64,000 nucleotides of DNA from an uncultured Candidatus Rokubacteria bacterium (GCA_963805625.1 CAWDVE010000010.1:672001-736000); one strand, 5' to 3'; counted from the first letter of the stretch, positions 48,531 to 58,595 are shown. Program-made: numbers and translations. The notes: a model not told the origin generated them from the letters alone.

Positions 48531-48574
48531 GGATCGCCCGGGCCGCGGCCGCGAGGCAATTGGTTCACGCCCTC

Positions 48575-48835
48575 TTAGACCGGGCCCCGGCGGGTCAGGA
48601 TCGCCCAGGCGCCGTCACCCGTCGACGCGACCGCGAGGACGGCATGGCCGGCGCCCGTGAGGCTCCGCGGCACGTCGCGAGCCGACGCCTCGTTGTCGAC
48701 GACCACGCGCAGGACCGCGCCCGAGGCGAGCGACTCGAGCGCGAGACGCGCCTTCAGGAACGTGTAGGGACACACCTCACCTCGGAGGTCCAGCTCCTCG
48801 GCGGTGCCGCCGTCGGAAACGGACCCGGTCCCTAT
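48575..48835 (-). CDS. TusA/SirA family sulfur carrier (no canonical start codon)
   Basis: LDLRGEVCPYTFLKARLAL...DVPRSL...GH. Confidence 0.8.
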   Translation of the reverse strand: MGTGSVSDGGTAEELDLRGEVCPYTFLKARLALESLASGAVLRVVVDNEASARDVPRSLTGAGHAVLAVASTGDGAWAILTRRGPV

Positions 48836-49779
48836 TCCTCGACCGGCAGGGCGGGCGTGCTCCCCCATTCCATCCACGAGCCGTCGTAGTTCCGGACGCG
48901 CGCGCCGAGGAGCCGGAGCGCCAGGTAGTCCTGGGCAGCGCGCATCCCGCTCCCACAGTACACCGTCGTTGTACGGTCTGGCCGGAAGCCGGCCGCCTCG
49001 AAGACTGCCCGGAGCGTGTCCGGATCCTTGAACGTGCCGTCCGCGTTCATGGTGGATCTCCACTCGACGTTCGCCGCGCCCGGGATGTGGCCACCCCGCG
49101 CCGACCCCTGGTCCCGCGCGGTGAACTCGGCCGGGCTCCGCGCGTCGATCAGGCACGCGTCCGGCTTTCCGAGGCTCGCGCGGACCTCCGCGGCCGTCGC
49201 GACCAGGTCCCGGCGTGCGCGCGGCTCGAAGCGGCTCGGTGCAATCGTCGGAGCGGCGGACTCGAGCGGGCGGCCCTCGCGTCGCCACTTCCCCAGGCCG
49301 CCGTTCAGGACCCGGATCCGCTCGTGGCCGTAGTACTCGAGGACGAAGAAGAGTCGCGCGGCCAGCACGCTGCCTCCATCGTCGTAGGCCACGACCGTCG
49401 TGTCATGGTCGATGCCGAGCCGCCCGAACAAGGCCGCCGCCGCATCGGGACGGATCGGGAAGCCCTCCGCGTTGGCGGCTGGGTCGTCGAGCTCGCCCGC
49501 GTCGAGATGGACGGCTCCCGGCACGTGCCCGACGCGGTAGGCGGCCCCGCCCAACATTCCGCTCCGAACGTCTACGAAGCGCACGCCGGGCGCGCCGAGC
49601 ATCCGCGCCACCTCGTCCGTCTCGATCAGGAGTTGGGGATTCGCGTAGCGTCCGACACCGGCGCCAGGGACCGGAGCGCCGACGGCTCCGAGGACGGCGA
49701 GGACCGGGACTACGCAGAGAACAGCGTGGCGGGGCATCAGGACTCGCGGCATTCCGGCCTCCAGGGCATCCGCTGGCAC
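48832..49779 (-). CDS. Tandem-domain rhodanese/sulfurtransferase with hydrophobic N-terminus
   Basis: GHVPGA, LNGG..W, DARS..EF, GHIPGA, active loop YCGSGMRA, YDGSW.EW. Confidence 0.9.
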   Translation of the reverse strand: MPADALEAGMPRVLMPRHAVLCVVPVLAVLGAVGAPVPGAGVGRYANPQLLIETDEVARMLGAPGVRFVDVRSGMLGGAAYRVGHVPGAVHLDAGELDDPAANAEGFPIRPDAAAALFGRLGIDHDTTVVAYDDGGSVLAARLFFVLEYYGHERIRVLNGGLGKWRREGRPLESAAPTIAPSRFEPRARRDLVATAAEVRASLGKPDACLIDARSPAEFTARDQGSARGGHIPGAANVEWRSTMNADGTFKDPDTLRAVFEAAGFRPDRTTTVYCGSGMRAAQDYLALRLLGARVRNYDGSWMEWGSTPALPVEE

Positions 49780-49926
49780 GCCAGCGAGACCTCGGTCATT
49801 CTAGCACCGCGCTCCGTCCCGCCGGCGCCGTGAGGCGCCGTGAGGCAGACTGGCAACACCACCCCCCGGCGACGTAAGATAGGTGGGTCGGTGCCGACCC
49901 TGAGCGCCACCAAAAGGAGATCCCGC

Positions 49927-51147
49927 GTGAGCACCCAGCATTGGCGACGAGGACTCGACCGCCCTATCCTGATGATCCCCGGCCCGACCGAGGTTCCCTG
50001 GCGCGTCATCCGCGCCATGGCGCAGCCGGCGATGATCCAGTACGAGCCGCCGTTCGACGACGAGATCCTCGAGCCGGCGTGCCTGGACCTCCGCCAGGTG
50101 TTCCAGACCTCGGGCGAGGTGATCGCCATGCCGGGATCCGGCCGCACCGGGCTCGAGGCCGCGGCGATTTCCCTCATCGAGCCGGGCGACCGCGTCGTCG
50201 TGGTCGTGGCGGGCGTCTTTGGCAGCCTGATGAAGGAGGTCATGGAGCGCGCGGGCGCGGCGGTGACGGCCTTCGACGTCGAACTGGGCCGGCCCATCGA
50301 CCTGGAGGGCCTGGAGCGGATCGTGGCGAAGGTCCGGCCGAAGATCGTGACCCTCGTCCACAACGAGACATCGACGGGCGTGACCTACCCCGCGGCCGCG
50401 GTCGGAGAGATCACGCGACGGCACGGGGCGCTCTTCCTGCTCGACACGGTGTCGTCCCTCGCCGGACTCGACGTCCAGACGGACGCGTGGGGCGTCGACG
50501 TCAACATGACGGGCTCCCAGAAGTGCCTGGCCCTGCCCCTCGGCCTCGCCATCGTCTCGGTGTCCCCGCGGGCGTTCGAGGCCATGGAGCGGCGAGCCCG
50601 CCCGTCGGCGAGCTATGCCAACGACCTGATTCGCTGGAAGCGCCAGTGGGTGCCGGCCTCCCGCGGCGGCGGAGTGCCTGAGGGTGGCCGCCGCAACCAG
50701 CCGGTGTCCATGCCAACCCACCTCACGCAAGCGCTCCGGGAAGGCGTGAGCCTCATCCTCGAGGAAGGCATGCCCAATCGAATCCGGCGCCATCGGATCG
50801 CCGGCAAGGCCTTCCGGGCAGGGCTCGCAGCCCTCAAGGTCGATCTCTTCGGCGACCCGTCGATTGCCTCCGACAGTGTCTCGGCCTTCCGCGTGCCGGC
50901 CGGGCTCGCGGCCACCGCCGTCGTGCGCCGGATGCGGGACGCCTACGGCATTCTGATCTCGACGGGGATCGAGAAGATGCGCGAGACCATGCTCCGTGTG
51001 GGCACGATGGGAATGACGGCCAGCCCGCTCTACGTCCTCCCGACCCTGTCGGCGCTCGGCATGTCACTCCGGGACTTGGGGTACCGGGCGGAGACGGGCG
51101 AAGCCCTGGGCGCGGCGCAGGCTGTCTTCGATGCCGAGACGCCCTGA
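49927..51147 (+). CDS. Class V aminotransferase (alanine-glyoxylate/serine-pyruvate)
   Basis: LMIPGPT, VHNETSTG, DTVSS, GSQKCL (PLP lysine), RVGTMG. Confidence 0.92.
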   Translation: MSTQHWRRGLDRPILMIPGPTEVPWRVIRAMAQPAMIQYEPPFDDEILEPACLDLRQVFQTSGEVIAMPGSGRTGLEAAAISLIEPGDRVVVVVAGVFGSLMKEVMERAGAAVTAFDVELGRPIDLEGLERIVAKVRPKIVTLVHNETSTGVTYPAAAVGEITRRHGALFLLDTVSSLAGLDVQTDAWGVDVNMTGSQKCLALPLGLAIVSVSPRAFEAMERRARPSASYANDLIRWKRQWVPASRGGGVPEGGRRNQPVSMPTHLTQALREGVSLILEEGMPNRIRRHRIAGKAFRAGLAALKVDLFGDPSIASDSVSAFRVPAGLAATAVVRRMRDAYGILISTGIEKMRETMLRVGTMGMTASPLYVLPTLSALGMSLRDLGYRAETGEALGAAQAVFDAETP

Positions 51148-51201
51148 CCCGGAGGTCGGGCGCACGTTCTCTTCTGCGTCAGGTGCGCGACCGGAGCTCG
51201 A

Positions 51202-52035
51202 CTACGGGGTGCGCGGGAGCTGACCGGCCTGAAGGTTGACCAGGCGGGCAGCGAGGAATGACGCCCGCGCGGCGCCAGGGCTGAGGGCGGAGGCGTAGAC
51301 GGCCTGGATCGCCGCGATGTCGAGCCCGGTGAGGCTCGACGCGCCAGAGCCGGGGCTCATCCCAAGCCCCCCGCTCATCAGAGAGTTCTCCGCGCCGCCG
51401 ATCAGGCGCGCGTCGATGTGGCAGAGGCCGAGTACCGCGTGGCCCACCACATCGTGGACGGTAGCGGAGACGCTTCGGTCTCGGGGCTCCACCACCCGCG
51501 CTCCCATCAGGAGTCCCCGCCCCGCGAAGCGGTACTGGACGCACCCCGCGTCCGAGGGGCACCCGGCTGCTCGCGGTAGCGCCACCTCGGTCACCGTCAC
51601 CTCGTTGACTCCGGGCTGGGGATCGAGCTCGGGCGTCACCTGGAGGTTGACCGTCAGCGCGCCCGCCGTCGCTCCCGCGAGTGCCTCCGCGGCTTCGGCG
51701 AGACCGGCCTGTACGGGAGCCGGCACGCTTCTGGCGACGCGCATCCGAACGAGGGTCCCCCGGGGGTAGCCGCTCCAGAAGCCCTGGAGCGGACAGTCGG
51801 TCGAGCCGCCCCGGGGAATGAGGGGACCTGATCCGACGAAGAGGGCGTCCACCCAATCAGGCGTCTTCAGACTCTCCGCCTCGGCGCGGCGGGACTCGGC
51901 GAGCCGCGCCGCTTCGGTCGGCGACTGACCGCTCCCGCAGCCCGCCAGGAGCCAGACGACGGCGACTCCGGCGCCGAGCTGACGTGCCAGGATGTCGGTC
52001 CGGGCCACGCCGATACCCCGCCCAGTTAACAACAT
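51202..52035 (-). CDS. Lipoprotein with divergent metzincin-like Zn motif
   Basis: Lipobox LAGC; HDVVGHAVLGLCH and downstream SLM (Met-turn-like). Confidence 0.6.
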   Translation of the reverse strand: MLLTGRGIGVARTDILARQLGAGVAVVWLLAGCGSGQSPTEAARLAESRRAEAESLKTPDWVDALFVGSGPLIPRGGSTDCPLQGFWSGYPRGTLVRMRVARSVPAPVQAGLAEAAEALAGATAGALTVNLQVTPELDPQPGVNEVTVTEVALPRAAGCPSDAGCVQYRFAGRGLLMGARVVEPRDRSVSATVHDVVGHAVLGLCHIDARLIGGAENSLMSGGLGMSPGSGASSLTGLDIAAIQAVYASALSPGAARASFLAARLVNLQAGQLPRTP

Positions 52036-52462
52036 GACTTCTGATCATACCTCAAAGCGCGCCGTCACTGAATCGGGGAAGTGCCGGTCCGCTCCGGTCG
52101 GGGCTCGGAGTAGGATGCTGGACAGGCCTGCGGAGTGTCCTCCTCGAGAACGAGGGCCCCGCCCTCCTGTCGGGTTCTGGTCACTGACGTGACGGCACGC
52201 GCAGCGGGGAGAGGAGGCGATCCTACACGAAGAGCCGCAGTACACGGTGGACCGGGTGACGCTGGGTGACTCAATGCACGCGAAGGGATATAGGTTCGTC
52301 GTGCTCAGCCCGGGGAATGTTCCCATCGCTCACTTCACGACCGACAAAGAGGCAGAGCACGACGCGGACGCGCACAACGTGCGACACCACGGTTGACCCG
52401 TGGGTACGACGCCCGGGCACCATCTATCTGACGGACCCGACCGGCGTGGGGGGGGGTGGGAG

Positions 52463-52948
52463 ATGACCGGACTCACCTTCGATCAGTGGCTGAAGTTCTT
52501 CTCCATCGCCGGCGCCATCGGCTCCTTCGTCTGGGGCGTGTGGGTGTGGCAGGACAAGGCGGACAAGGAGCGCAATCAGGCCCGCCTCGAGGCGGCAAAG
52601 TACGCGGAGACGCGACGCGTCGAGGCGGCCAAGCCCTTCCTGGACAAGCAGCTCGCGCTGTTCACGGAGGCCACCCAGGTGGCCTCTTACATCGCCAACG
52701 CTCCCTCGCGAGCGACCGCGGCCCGCAAGATCGAGCGCTTCTGGCAGCTCTACTGGGGAGAGCTCGCCCTCGTCGAGCGCGGCGGCGTGGCGAAGGCCAT
52801 GATCGCCTTCGGTGAAGGGCTCAACGCTCAGCAATCCCCGCCAGTGCTGAGGGGGCTGGCACTCGATCTCGCGCATGCCTGCCGCGACGAGCTGGCCGTC
52901 TCCTGGGGGACGGACGCGTGGAGACGAGCGTCACCCTCGTCGCCCTGA
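52463..52948 (+). CDS. Hypothetical membrane-anchored protein
   Basis: N-terminal TM; KPFLDKQL.L..EA, RFWQLYWGEL.LVE, LAHACRDEL..SW. Confidence 0.7.
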   Translation: MTGLTFDQWLKFFSIAGAIGSFVWGVWVWQDKADKERNQARLEAAKYAETRRVEAAKPFLDKQLALFTEATQVASYIANAPSRATAARKIERFWQLYWGELALVERGGVAKAMIAFGEGLNAQQSPPVLRGLALDLAHACRDELAVSWGTDAWRRASPSSP

Positions 52949-53092
52949 CGGAATCCGGCGAGACCCTGGGACCGCCTCGTCCCGGGGCCTACGAGGATTG
53001 CCGTCGGCCGCCTGGACGAGCGCTCGGCCGGGCTCGCTACGCAACCGCTGTGGTTTCGCGCTAAGATGCCGGCTGGACAAGGGGGGCTAGAA

Positions 53093-53842
53093 GTGCCCGA
53101 CAAGAAAGCGGTTCTCTACCACCGCCCCGGCTGAAGCTCCTGCGCCAAGACGAGAGAGTTGCTCTCGTCGTGGGGAGTGCCGTTCGACTCGGTCGACATC
53201 GAGGCCGAGCCGGCCGCGCGCGCCGACCTGAAACGCCTCGGCGTGCCGGCGGTCCCCGCCGTCGTCGCGGTCGGAGGCGTGGTCCACGGCTGGAATCCGG
53301 GCGCGCTCGCAGAGCTGGTCGGCGTCCGGTACGAAGGCGCTCAGCGGCTCTCCCCGGCCGCGCTCGCCGAGCGCCTCGACCGGGTCCTCGCCGCGGTGGG
53401 CCGGGTGGTCCAGACCGTCGCGCCCGAGCACCTGAGTCTCCAGCACCCCGGCCGCGATCGCTCGCTCCACCAGCTCGCCTACCACCTCTTCCGGCTGAGC
53501 CTCGCCTACCGGGACGCCATGCTCGAGCGCCGCCTCCCCGAGACCTGGCTCCAGGAGATGGCACCCGCGGGGCTGCCCGACGGTCCCGCCCTCGCAGGAT
53601 ACGGTGCGGCCGTGCGCGTGGCGTTGCAGGGTTCGTTCGGCACCGAGGCGGCGACCGTCGGGACCGTCGAGACGTACTATGGTGCCCAGAGCGCCCACGA
53701 GCTTCTCGAGCGCACGGTCTGGCACGCGGCCCAGCACCTACGCCAGATCCACGCGCTCCTCGAGGACGCCGGGGCGCCGCCGCCGGAGCCGCTCGACCGG
53801 TCGCTCCTCGTGGGACTCCCGCTCCCGCAGTCGGTCTGGTAG
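53093..53842 (+). CDS. Selenoprotein: glutaredoxin-like (UxxC) domain fused to DinB-like domain
   Basis: MPDKKAVLYHRPG-U(TGA 53132)-SSCAKTRELL...VPAV, in frame with the 53159 ORF; HLF and HAAQHLRQ DinB His motifs; SECIS-like hairpin follows. Confidence 0.85.
53135..53179 (+). promoter_or_regulatory. Bacterial SECIS-like element
   Basis: Perfect 8-bp stem GACGAGAG/CTCTCGTC with G-containing loop AGTTG about 23 nt after the UGA, plus a lower CTCC/GGAG stem. Confidence 0.7.
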
Positions 53843-53927
53843 TCCTCGCCATTCCCGCGGCCCAGGTCAGCGCGTCGCCGCCAATCAGGTCGGATCGAGC
53901 CGATGCGAGCGCAGCGCCATCACGGCG

Positions 53928-56819
53928 CTATCGTGCGAGGGCCTCCCAGAGAAGCTCCGCCGGGTGCTTCGGCACGCGCCCCGTCGTGTGCTCCACCTGC
54001 TGGCGGCACGAGATGCCCGGCGCGCAGACGGCGACGTCGGGCTCCGCCGCCCGCACGGCCGGCGCCAGACGCCGCTCGGCGATCTTGACGGAGAGGTCGT
54101 AGTGCTCCGCCTCGAACCCGAACGACCCCGCCATGCCGCAGCAGCCGGCGTCCACCTCGGTCACCTGATAGCCCGCCGCCTTGAGGACCGCGATCGTGGG
54201 AGCCGTCCCCACCAGCGCCTTCTGGTGGCAGTGGCCGTGGAGCAGCGCTCGCCGGCCGTTCGCTGCGAACGTCGGCCGGTCGCCCCGCGCCCACTCGCGC
54301 TGGAGGAACTCCTCGAGGAGCAGACTCTGTCGTGCCACGATCCGAGCATCCTCGGTGCGCACCAGCTCCGGGTACTCGTCCCGGAGCGTGAGGAGACACG
54401 AGGGCTCGAGCCCGACGATCGGCCGGCCCTGGCGTGCCGCTCCGGCGAGCCGCGCGATGTTGTCGGCCGCCACGGTGCGCGCCTCGTCGAGCATACCCTT
54501 GGAGATCATCGGCCGCCCGCAGCACCCGCGGTCGGCGAGAACCACCCGATACCCGAGGGTCTCCAGGAGACGGGTCGCCGCAATCGCGACGCCCGGCGTC
54601 TGGTAGGTGTTGAAGGTATCGTGGAAGAGCACGATCTCGCCGCGCGCCCCACTCCCCTCGGGCTGCCGGCGGCCGAACCACCGCTCGAAGGACTCGGCCG
54701 CGAACGAGGGGAGCGGACGCCGCCGATCGATGCCGGCCACGCGCTCGAGGAGCCACCGGTGGGGCGCCGAGCGCGCGATCCAGTTCGAGACGGGTGCCAG
54801 GGCGGATCCAATCCGGGCCAGCGCGTGGATCTGGCCGAAGAGCCGGTTGCGGAGGGGGAGCCCGTTGGCCCGGTAGTAGTGGGCGAGGAACTCGTACTTG
54901 ATCTTGGCCATGTCGACGTTGGCCGGGCATTCGGCCTTGCACGCCTTGCACTCGAGACAGAGGTCGAGCACCTCGTACATCCGCCGGCCGGTGAATTCCG
55001 ACCGCGGCATCTTGCCCGACAGCACCGCGCGGAGGGCGTTGGCGCGCCCGCGGGTCGAGTGCTCCTCGTCGAGCGTCGCCATGTACGAGGGGCACATCGT
55101 CCCCTCGAGCTTCTTTCGGCACACGCCGATCCCGTTGCACATCTCGACCGCGCCCGCGAATCCGCCCTGCCCCGAGAAGTCGAGAAGCGTGTCCGGCTCC
55201 CACGTGCGGTAGCCCGGCCCGTAGCGGAGATGCTCGGTCATCGGCGGGGCGTCGACGATATTCCCCGGATTGAGGATTCCCTTCGGGTCGAACGTGCGCT
55301 TGACCTGCCGGAACGCGTCGTAGAGCCGCGACCCGTAGAGCGTCTCGTTGAAGGGGCTGCGCGCCCGGCCGTCCCCGTGCTCGCCCGAGAGCCCGCCGCC
55401 GAACTCCATCACGAGGGCCGTGATCTCCTCGGCGATGGCCTGCATCTTCCGGATCTCACCCGCGTCCTTCAGGTTGATCAGCGGACGGATGTGGAGGCAC
55501 CCGACCGAGCAGTGCCCGTAGTAGCCCGCCTTGGCCCCGTGGCGTCCGAGGATCTCGCGGAAGCGCCCGATGAACGGGCCCAGCTTGGCCGGCTCGACCG
55601 CCGTGTCCTCGACGAACGCGATGGGCTTCCGGTCGCCCTTGGTCCCGAGGAGGAGGCCGAGGCCGGCCTTTCGGAGCTTCCAGATGGATTGCTGCTCGGC
55701 GGGATCGTAGGCGATGTGGGCGACGTAACCGATCCGCTTCCGCGCGCGGAGTGTCTCCAGCGCGTCGACCTTGGCGCGCACCTCCGCCTCGCTCTCGCCG
55801 GAGTACTCGACCATCATGATGGCCGCGGGATCGCCCTGGACGAACCCCATGCGCGCGCGCTGCTCGATGTTTTCCCGGGCGAGATCGAGGATCATCTTGT
55901 CGGTGACCTCGACCGCGTACGGCCCGGTGGTCAGGAGGTCGACGGACGACTCGAGCGCCGCCTGGAGGTCGTCGTAGTGGATCACGTCGAGAGCCGTGAA
56001 CTTGGGTCGGGGGACCAGCCGCATCTTCATCTCGACCACAGCGACGAGCGTGCCCTCGGAGCCCACGGCCAGCCGGTGGAGCCCGAACGGCTGGGGCTTC
56101 ACGAGCTCGTCGAGGTTGTAGCCGGAGACACGGCGCATGAGCTTCGGGTACCGCGCGCGGATCTCGTCCGCGTGCTGCCCCACCAGCCGCCGCACCTCGC
56201 GGTAGATCTGCCCCTCCAGCCCGTCCGCCCGGCACTTGGCCTCGAGCTCGACCGGCGTCAGGTCCCGGAGGGTGATCTCGGATCCGTCGGCCAGGAGGCA
56301 CCGGAGCTCGAGCACGTGATCGATCGTCTTCCCGTAGGCGATCGAGTGGGAGCCCGCGGAGTTGTTCCCCGACATCCCGCCGATGGTCGCGCGGTTCGAG
56401 GTCGAGGTGTCGGGCCCGAAGAGAAGGCCCATCGGCCGCACGTGGGCGTTCAGCTCGTCCTGGATCACGCCGGGCTGGACGCGGCACCAGAGCTCCTCCC
56501 GGTTCACTTCCAGCACCTGGTGCATGTACTTCGAGAAGTCGAGCACGACGGCGTGGTTGACCGTCTGACCGATGAGGCTCGTGCCCCCGCCGCGCGGCAG
56601 GACCGGGACGTTGTACCGGTTCGCGAGCTCCAGCACCGCCTGGACGTCGTCCTTCGAGCGCGGCAGCACGACGCCGATCGGCTCCACCTGGTACATGGAG
56701 GCGTCCGTCGAGTATAGGAGGCGGGAGTAGTCGTCGAAGCGGACCTCGCCCTCGACGACACGCCGGAGCTCCCGCTCGAGATCGTTGCCGACCGGGGTCA
56801 GACTGTGACTGCCAGACAC
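53928..56819 (-). CDS. FAD-binding/Fe-S oxidoreductase (GlcD-GlcF/YdiJ-type fusion)
   Basis: YSTDAS, PRGGGTS, GSEGTL, SGEHGDG, CLECKAC..ECP, CCG motifs. Confidence 0.92.
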   Translation of the reverse strand: MSGSHSLTPVGNDLERELRRVVEGEVRFDDYSRLLYSTDASMYQVEPIGVVLPRSKDDVQAVLELANRYNVPVLPRGGGTSLIGQTVNHAVVLDFSKYMHQVLEVNREELWCRVQPGVIQDELNAHVRPMGLLFGPDTSTSNRATIGGMSGNNSAGSHSIAYGKTIDHVLELRCLLADGSEITLRDLTPVELEAKCRADGLEGQIYREVRRLVGQHADEIRARYPKLMRRVSGYNLDELVKPQPFGLHRLAVGSEGTLVAVVEMKMRLVPRPKFTALDVIHYDDLQAALESSVDLLTTGPYAVEVTDKMILDLARENIEQRARMGFVQGDPAAIMMVEYSGESEAEVRAKVDALETLRARKRIGYVAHIAYDPAEQQSIWKLRKAGLGLLLGTKGDRKPIAFVEDTAVEPAKLGPFIGRFREILGRHGAKAGYYGHCSVGCLHIRPLINLKDAGEIRKMQAIAEEITALVMEFGGGLSGEHGDGRARSPFNETLYGSRLYDAFRQVKRTFDPKGILNPGNIVDAPPMTEHLRYGPGYRTWEPDTLLDFSGQGGFAGAVEMCNGIGVCRKKLEGTMCPSYMATLDEEHSTRGRANALRAVLSGKMPRSEFTGRRMYEVLDLCLECKACKAECPANVDMAKIKYEFLAHYYRANGLPLRNRLFGQIHALARIGSALAPVSNWIARSAPHRWLLERVAGIDRRRPLPSFAAESFERWFGRRQPEGSGARGEIVLFHDTFNTYQTPGVAIAATRLLETLGYRVVLADRGCCGRPMISKGMLDEARTVAADNIARLAGAARQGRPIVGLEPSCLLTLRDEYPELVRTEDARIVARQSLLLEEFLQREWARGDRPTFAANGRRALLHGHCHQKALVGTAPTIAVLKAAGYQVTEVDAGCCGMAGSFGFEAEHYDLSVKIAERRLAPAVRAAEPDVAVCAPGISCRQQVEHTTGRVPKHPAELLWEALAR

Positions 56820-56829
56820 TTCGGGCGCC

Positions 56830-57291
56830 CTACTTCTTCGCCTTGTCGATCGCGGCCCTGAGCTCCGCCGCCTCCTTCTTGTCGAGCGGCTCGAGTCGCC
56901 CGAGCACCGCGCGCGCGTCGTCGAGCTTGCCCATCTTCACGTATGCCTCCCCGAGGTACTCGAGAGCCTCCGCGTAGTCCGGCCGGAGCTTGAGCGCACG
57001 GTCGTAGGCCTTGATCGCCTCCGGGTACTTCCCCTGCTGGCGGAGCGTGAAGCCGAGGCCGTTCCACGCCTCCGGGAAGGCTTCGCGCTGCTTGATCGCC
57101 GCCTCGTAGGCCTGGGCCGCCCGCCGCCAGTCCTTCTTGTTCTGGGCGTCGAGGCCCTCCTGAAAGAAGCGCTCGGCCGACGCCGGGACGCCCGGCGGCG
57201 GGGCCGCCGGCGTCGGGCCGTCCGCCCACCCCGTCACCGCGAAGAGGAGAAGTCCCGCCCCGATCGCCCGCCCGATTCCTACCCTCTGCAT
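56830..57291 (-). CDS. Secreted TPR protein
   Basis: Signal peptide; AWNGLGF, ALEYLGEAY repeats. Confidence 0.85.
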   Translation of the reverse strand: MQRVGIGRAIGAGLLLFAVTGWADGPTPAAPPPGVPASAERFFQEGLDAQNKKDWRRAAQAYEAAIKQREAFPEAWNGLGFTLRQQGKYPEAIKAYDRALKLRPDYAEALEYLGEAYVKMGKLDDARAVLGRLEPLDKKEAAELRAAIDKAKK

Positions 57292-57368
57292 CCTTCCGCC
57301 TCCCGATCGCCTTGCTGGCGCCCACCTGGTGTCCCGCCGGCCGCGTTCGCGCCCCGGCAGCTCGGCCG

Positions 57369-58589
57369 TCATTGTCGCACAGCCTCGGCGGCGCCTCCTG
57401 CCACCGTGGCATATCCGACGAGCTCGACGTACCCGGAACCCTCGAGAGGGCGTCCGTCCGCGGTCCCCTCCACGCGTACCGCGCCTTCCCAATAGCGGAC
57501 CGCCAGATCGAGCTCCTGGTCCCGCAGAAGCGGTGTCACCACAACGTCGAGACTCGCCGACGGGATCCGGAGCCGCCACCGAGCCGGGTACCGCACCCCG
57601 CCCCGCGGGCTCGCCCAGTGATCGAGGACGAGGACCTCGACCGCGTCCCGGTCGAGGGAGCGCGCCGTGCCGTCAGCCGCGACGAGGGTGCCCTGGCTCG
57701 CCGGGGAGATTCCTCCGTCGCGCTGGCGGAGGCGGTACAGCATGAGCTCACGGCCGTCGGCGAGCTGGAGCGCGAACCAGTCCCAGCCCACCTGGTCCGG
57801 GCCAAGGGCGCTCGTGCTCCACTCCCGGTCCATCCACGCGAGTCCTTCGACCGGGAGCTCACGTCCGCTAGCCTGCACCTCTCCGGAAACCGGCAACCGC
57901 GTCAGCGAGTAGTAGTAGGACGCGTTCCCCGGTTCGGCGCCTTTCCGCGAGAGCCCGCGCTCGCCGTGGAGCACCGGCGGCTTGCCCCCCGAGAGCGTGA
58001 GGTCGATGCGGAGATCACCCTCGCCCGCGCGGAGGCGGAGCGGCCACCCGGCCCGCGCTGGGGCCTCGGCAACCCAGTCGCCGATCCACACGCGGAACGG
58101 GTCGCCCGCAGCGCCGGCGAGGTCGAGCGCGCCCCGCGCCCAGCGGTCGCGCGCGTAGAACCGGCCCGCGTCCACATCGGTCAGCGCGAGGTGAGCCATG
58201 TACACGTCGCGCGTGCTCCAGGCCGATCCCCGCGACGCCGCCGCCGGGACGAGTGCCGTGCGGAAGAACGTCAGCTGGAATCCGAAGCGCCGGCTGGCCC
58301 CCCCCTCCGCGGCGCGGAGGTTCCCGGTCCAGTACCACCACTCCGTGCGAAAGGTCGGGTGCGGGCCGTGATCCGCCGGAAACGCGAGCGGACGCGGAGC
58401 GAGCGCCCGCTCGAAGCCCTCGGCGCTCGTCGCCCCGAGCGCCTCGGCCACGGAGAGCGTCGCCCCGAGGCTCGGCGGCGAGGACTCTTCCCCATCCAGA
58501 CGGATGATGAACGCAAGTCCGACGGCCAGGGCTGCCACGGTGGCGAGCACGCCGAGGAGCAGACCCGTGCCGGGACCCGATCGCCTCAC
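57369..58589 (-). CDS. AttH/CrtC-like lipocalin-domain protein
   Basis: FPADHGPH..FRTEWWY.TGNL, GFQLTFFR, WMDREWS, GWDWF, YWEG. Confidence 0.9.
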   Translation of the reverse strand: MRRSGPGTGLLLGVLATVAALAVGLAFIIRLDGEESSPPSLGATLSVAEALGATSAEGFERALAPRPLAFPADHGPHPTFRTEWWYWTGNLRAAEGGASRRFGFQLTFFRTALVPAAASRGSAWSTRDVYMAHLALTDVDAGRFYARDRWARGALDLAGAAGDPFRVWIGDWVAEAPARAGWPLRLRAGEGDLRIDLTLSGGKPPVLHGERGLSRKGAEPGNASYYYSLTRLPVSGEVQASGRELPVEGLAWMDREWSTSALGPDQVGWDWFALQLADGRELMLYRLRQRDGGISPASQGTLVAADGTARSLDRDAVEVLVLDHWASPRGGVRYPARWRLRIPSASLDVVVTPLLRDQELDLAVRYWEGAVRVEGTADGRPLEGSGYVELVGYATVAGGAAEAVRQ

Positions 58590-58595
58590 GCCCGG

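Noticed and set aside
52211-52396. Short open frame ...EEPQYTVDRV...NVRHHG*
   Set aside because: No convincing start/RBS or recognisable motif.
53604-56717. 1037-aa plus-strand ORF and similar long ORFs (2118-3866, 38371-40494, 57312-59750)
   Set aside because: Antisense shadows of real genes, expected in high-GC DNA; no recognisable motifs.
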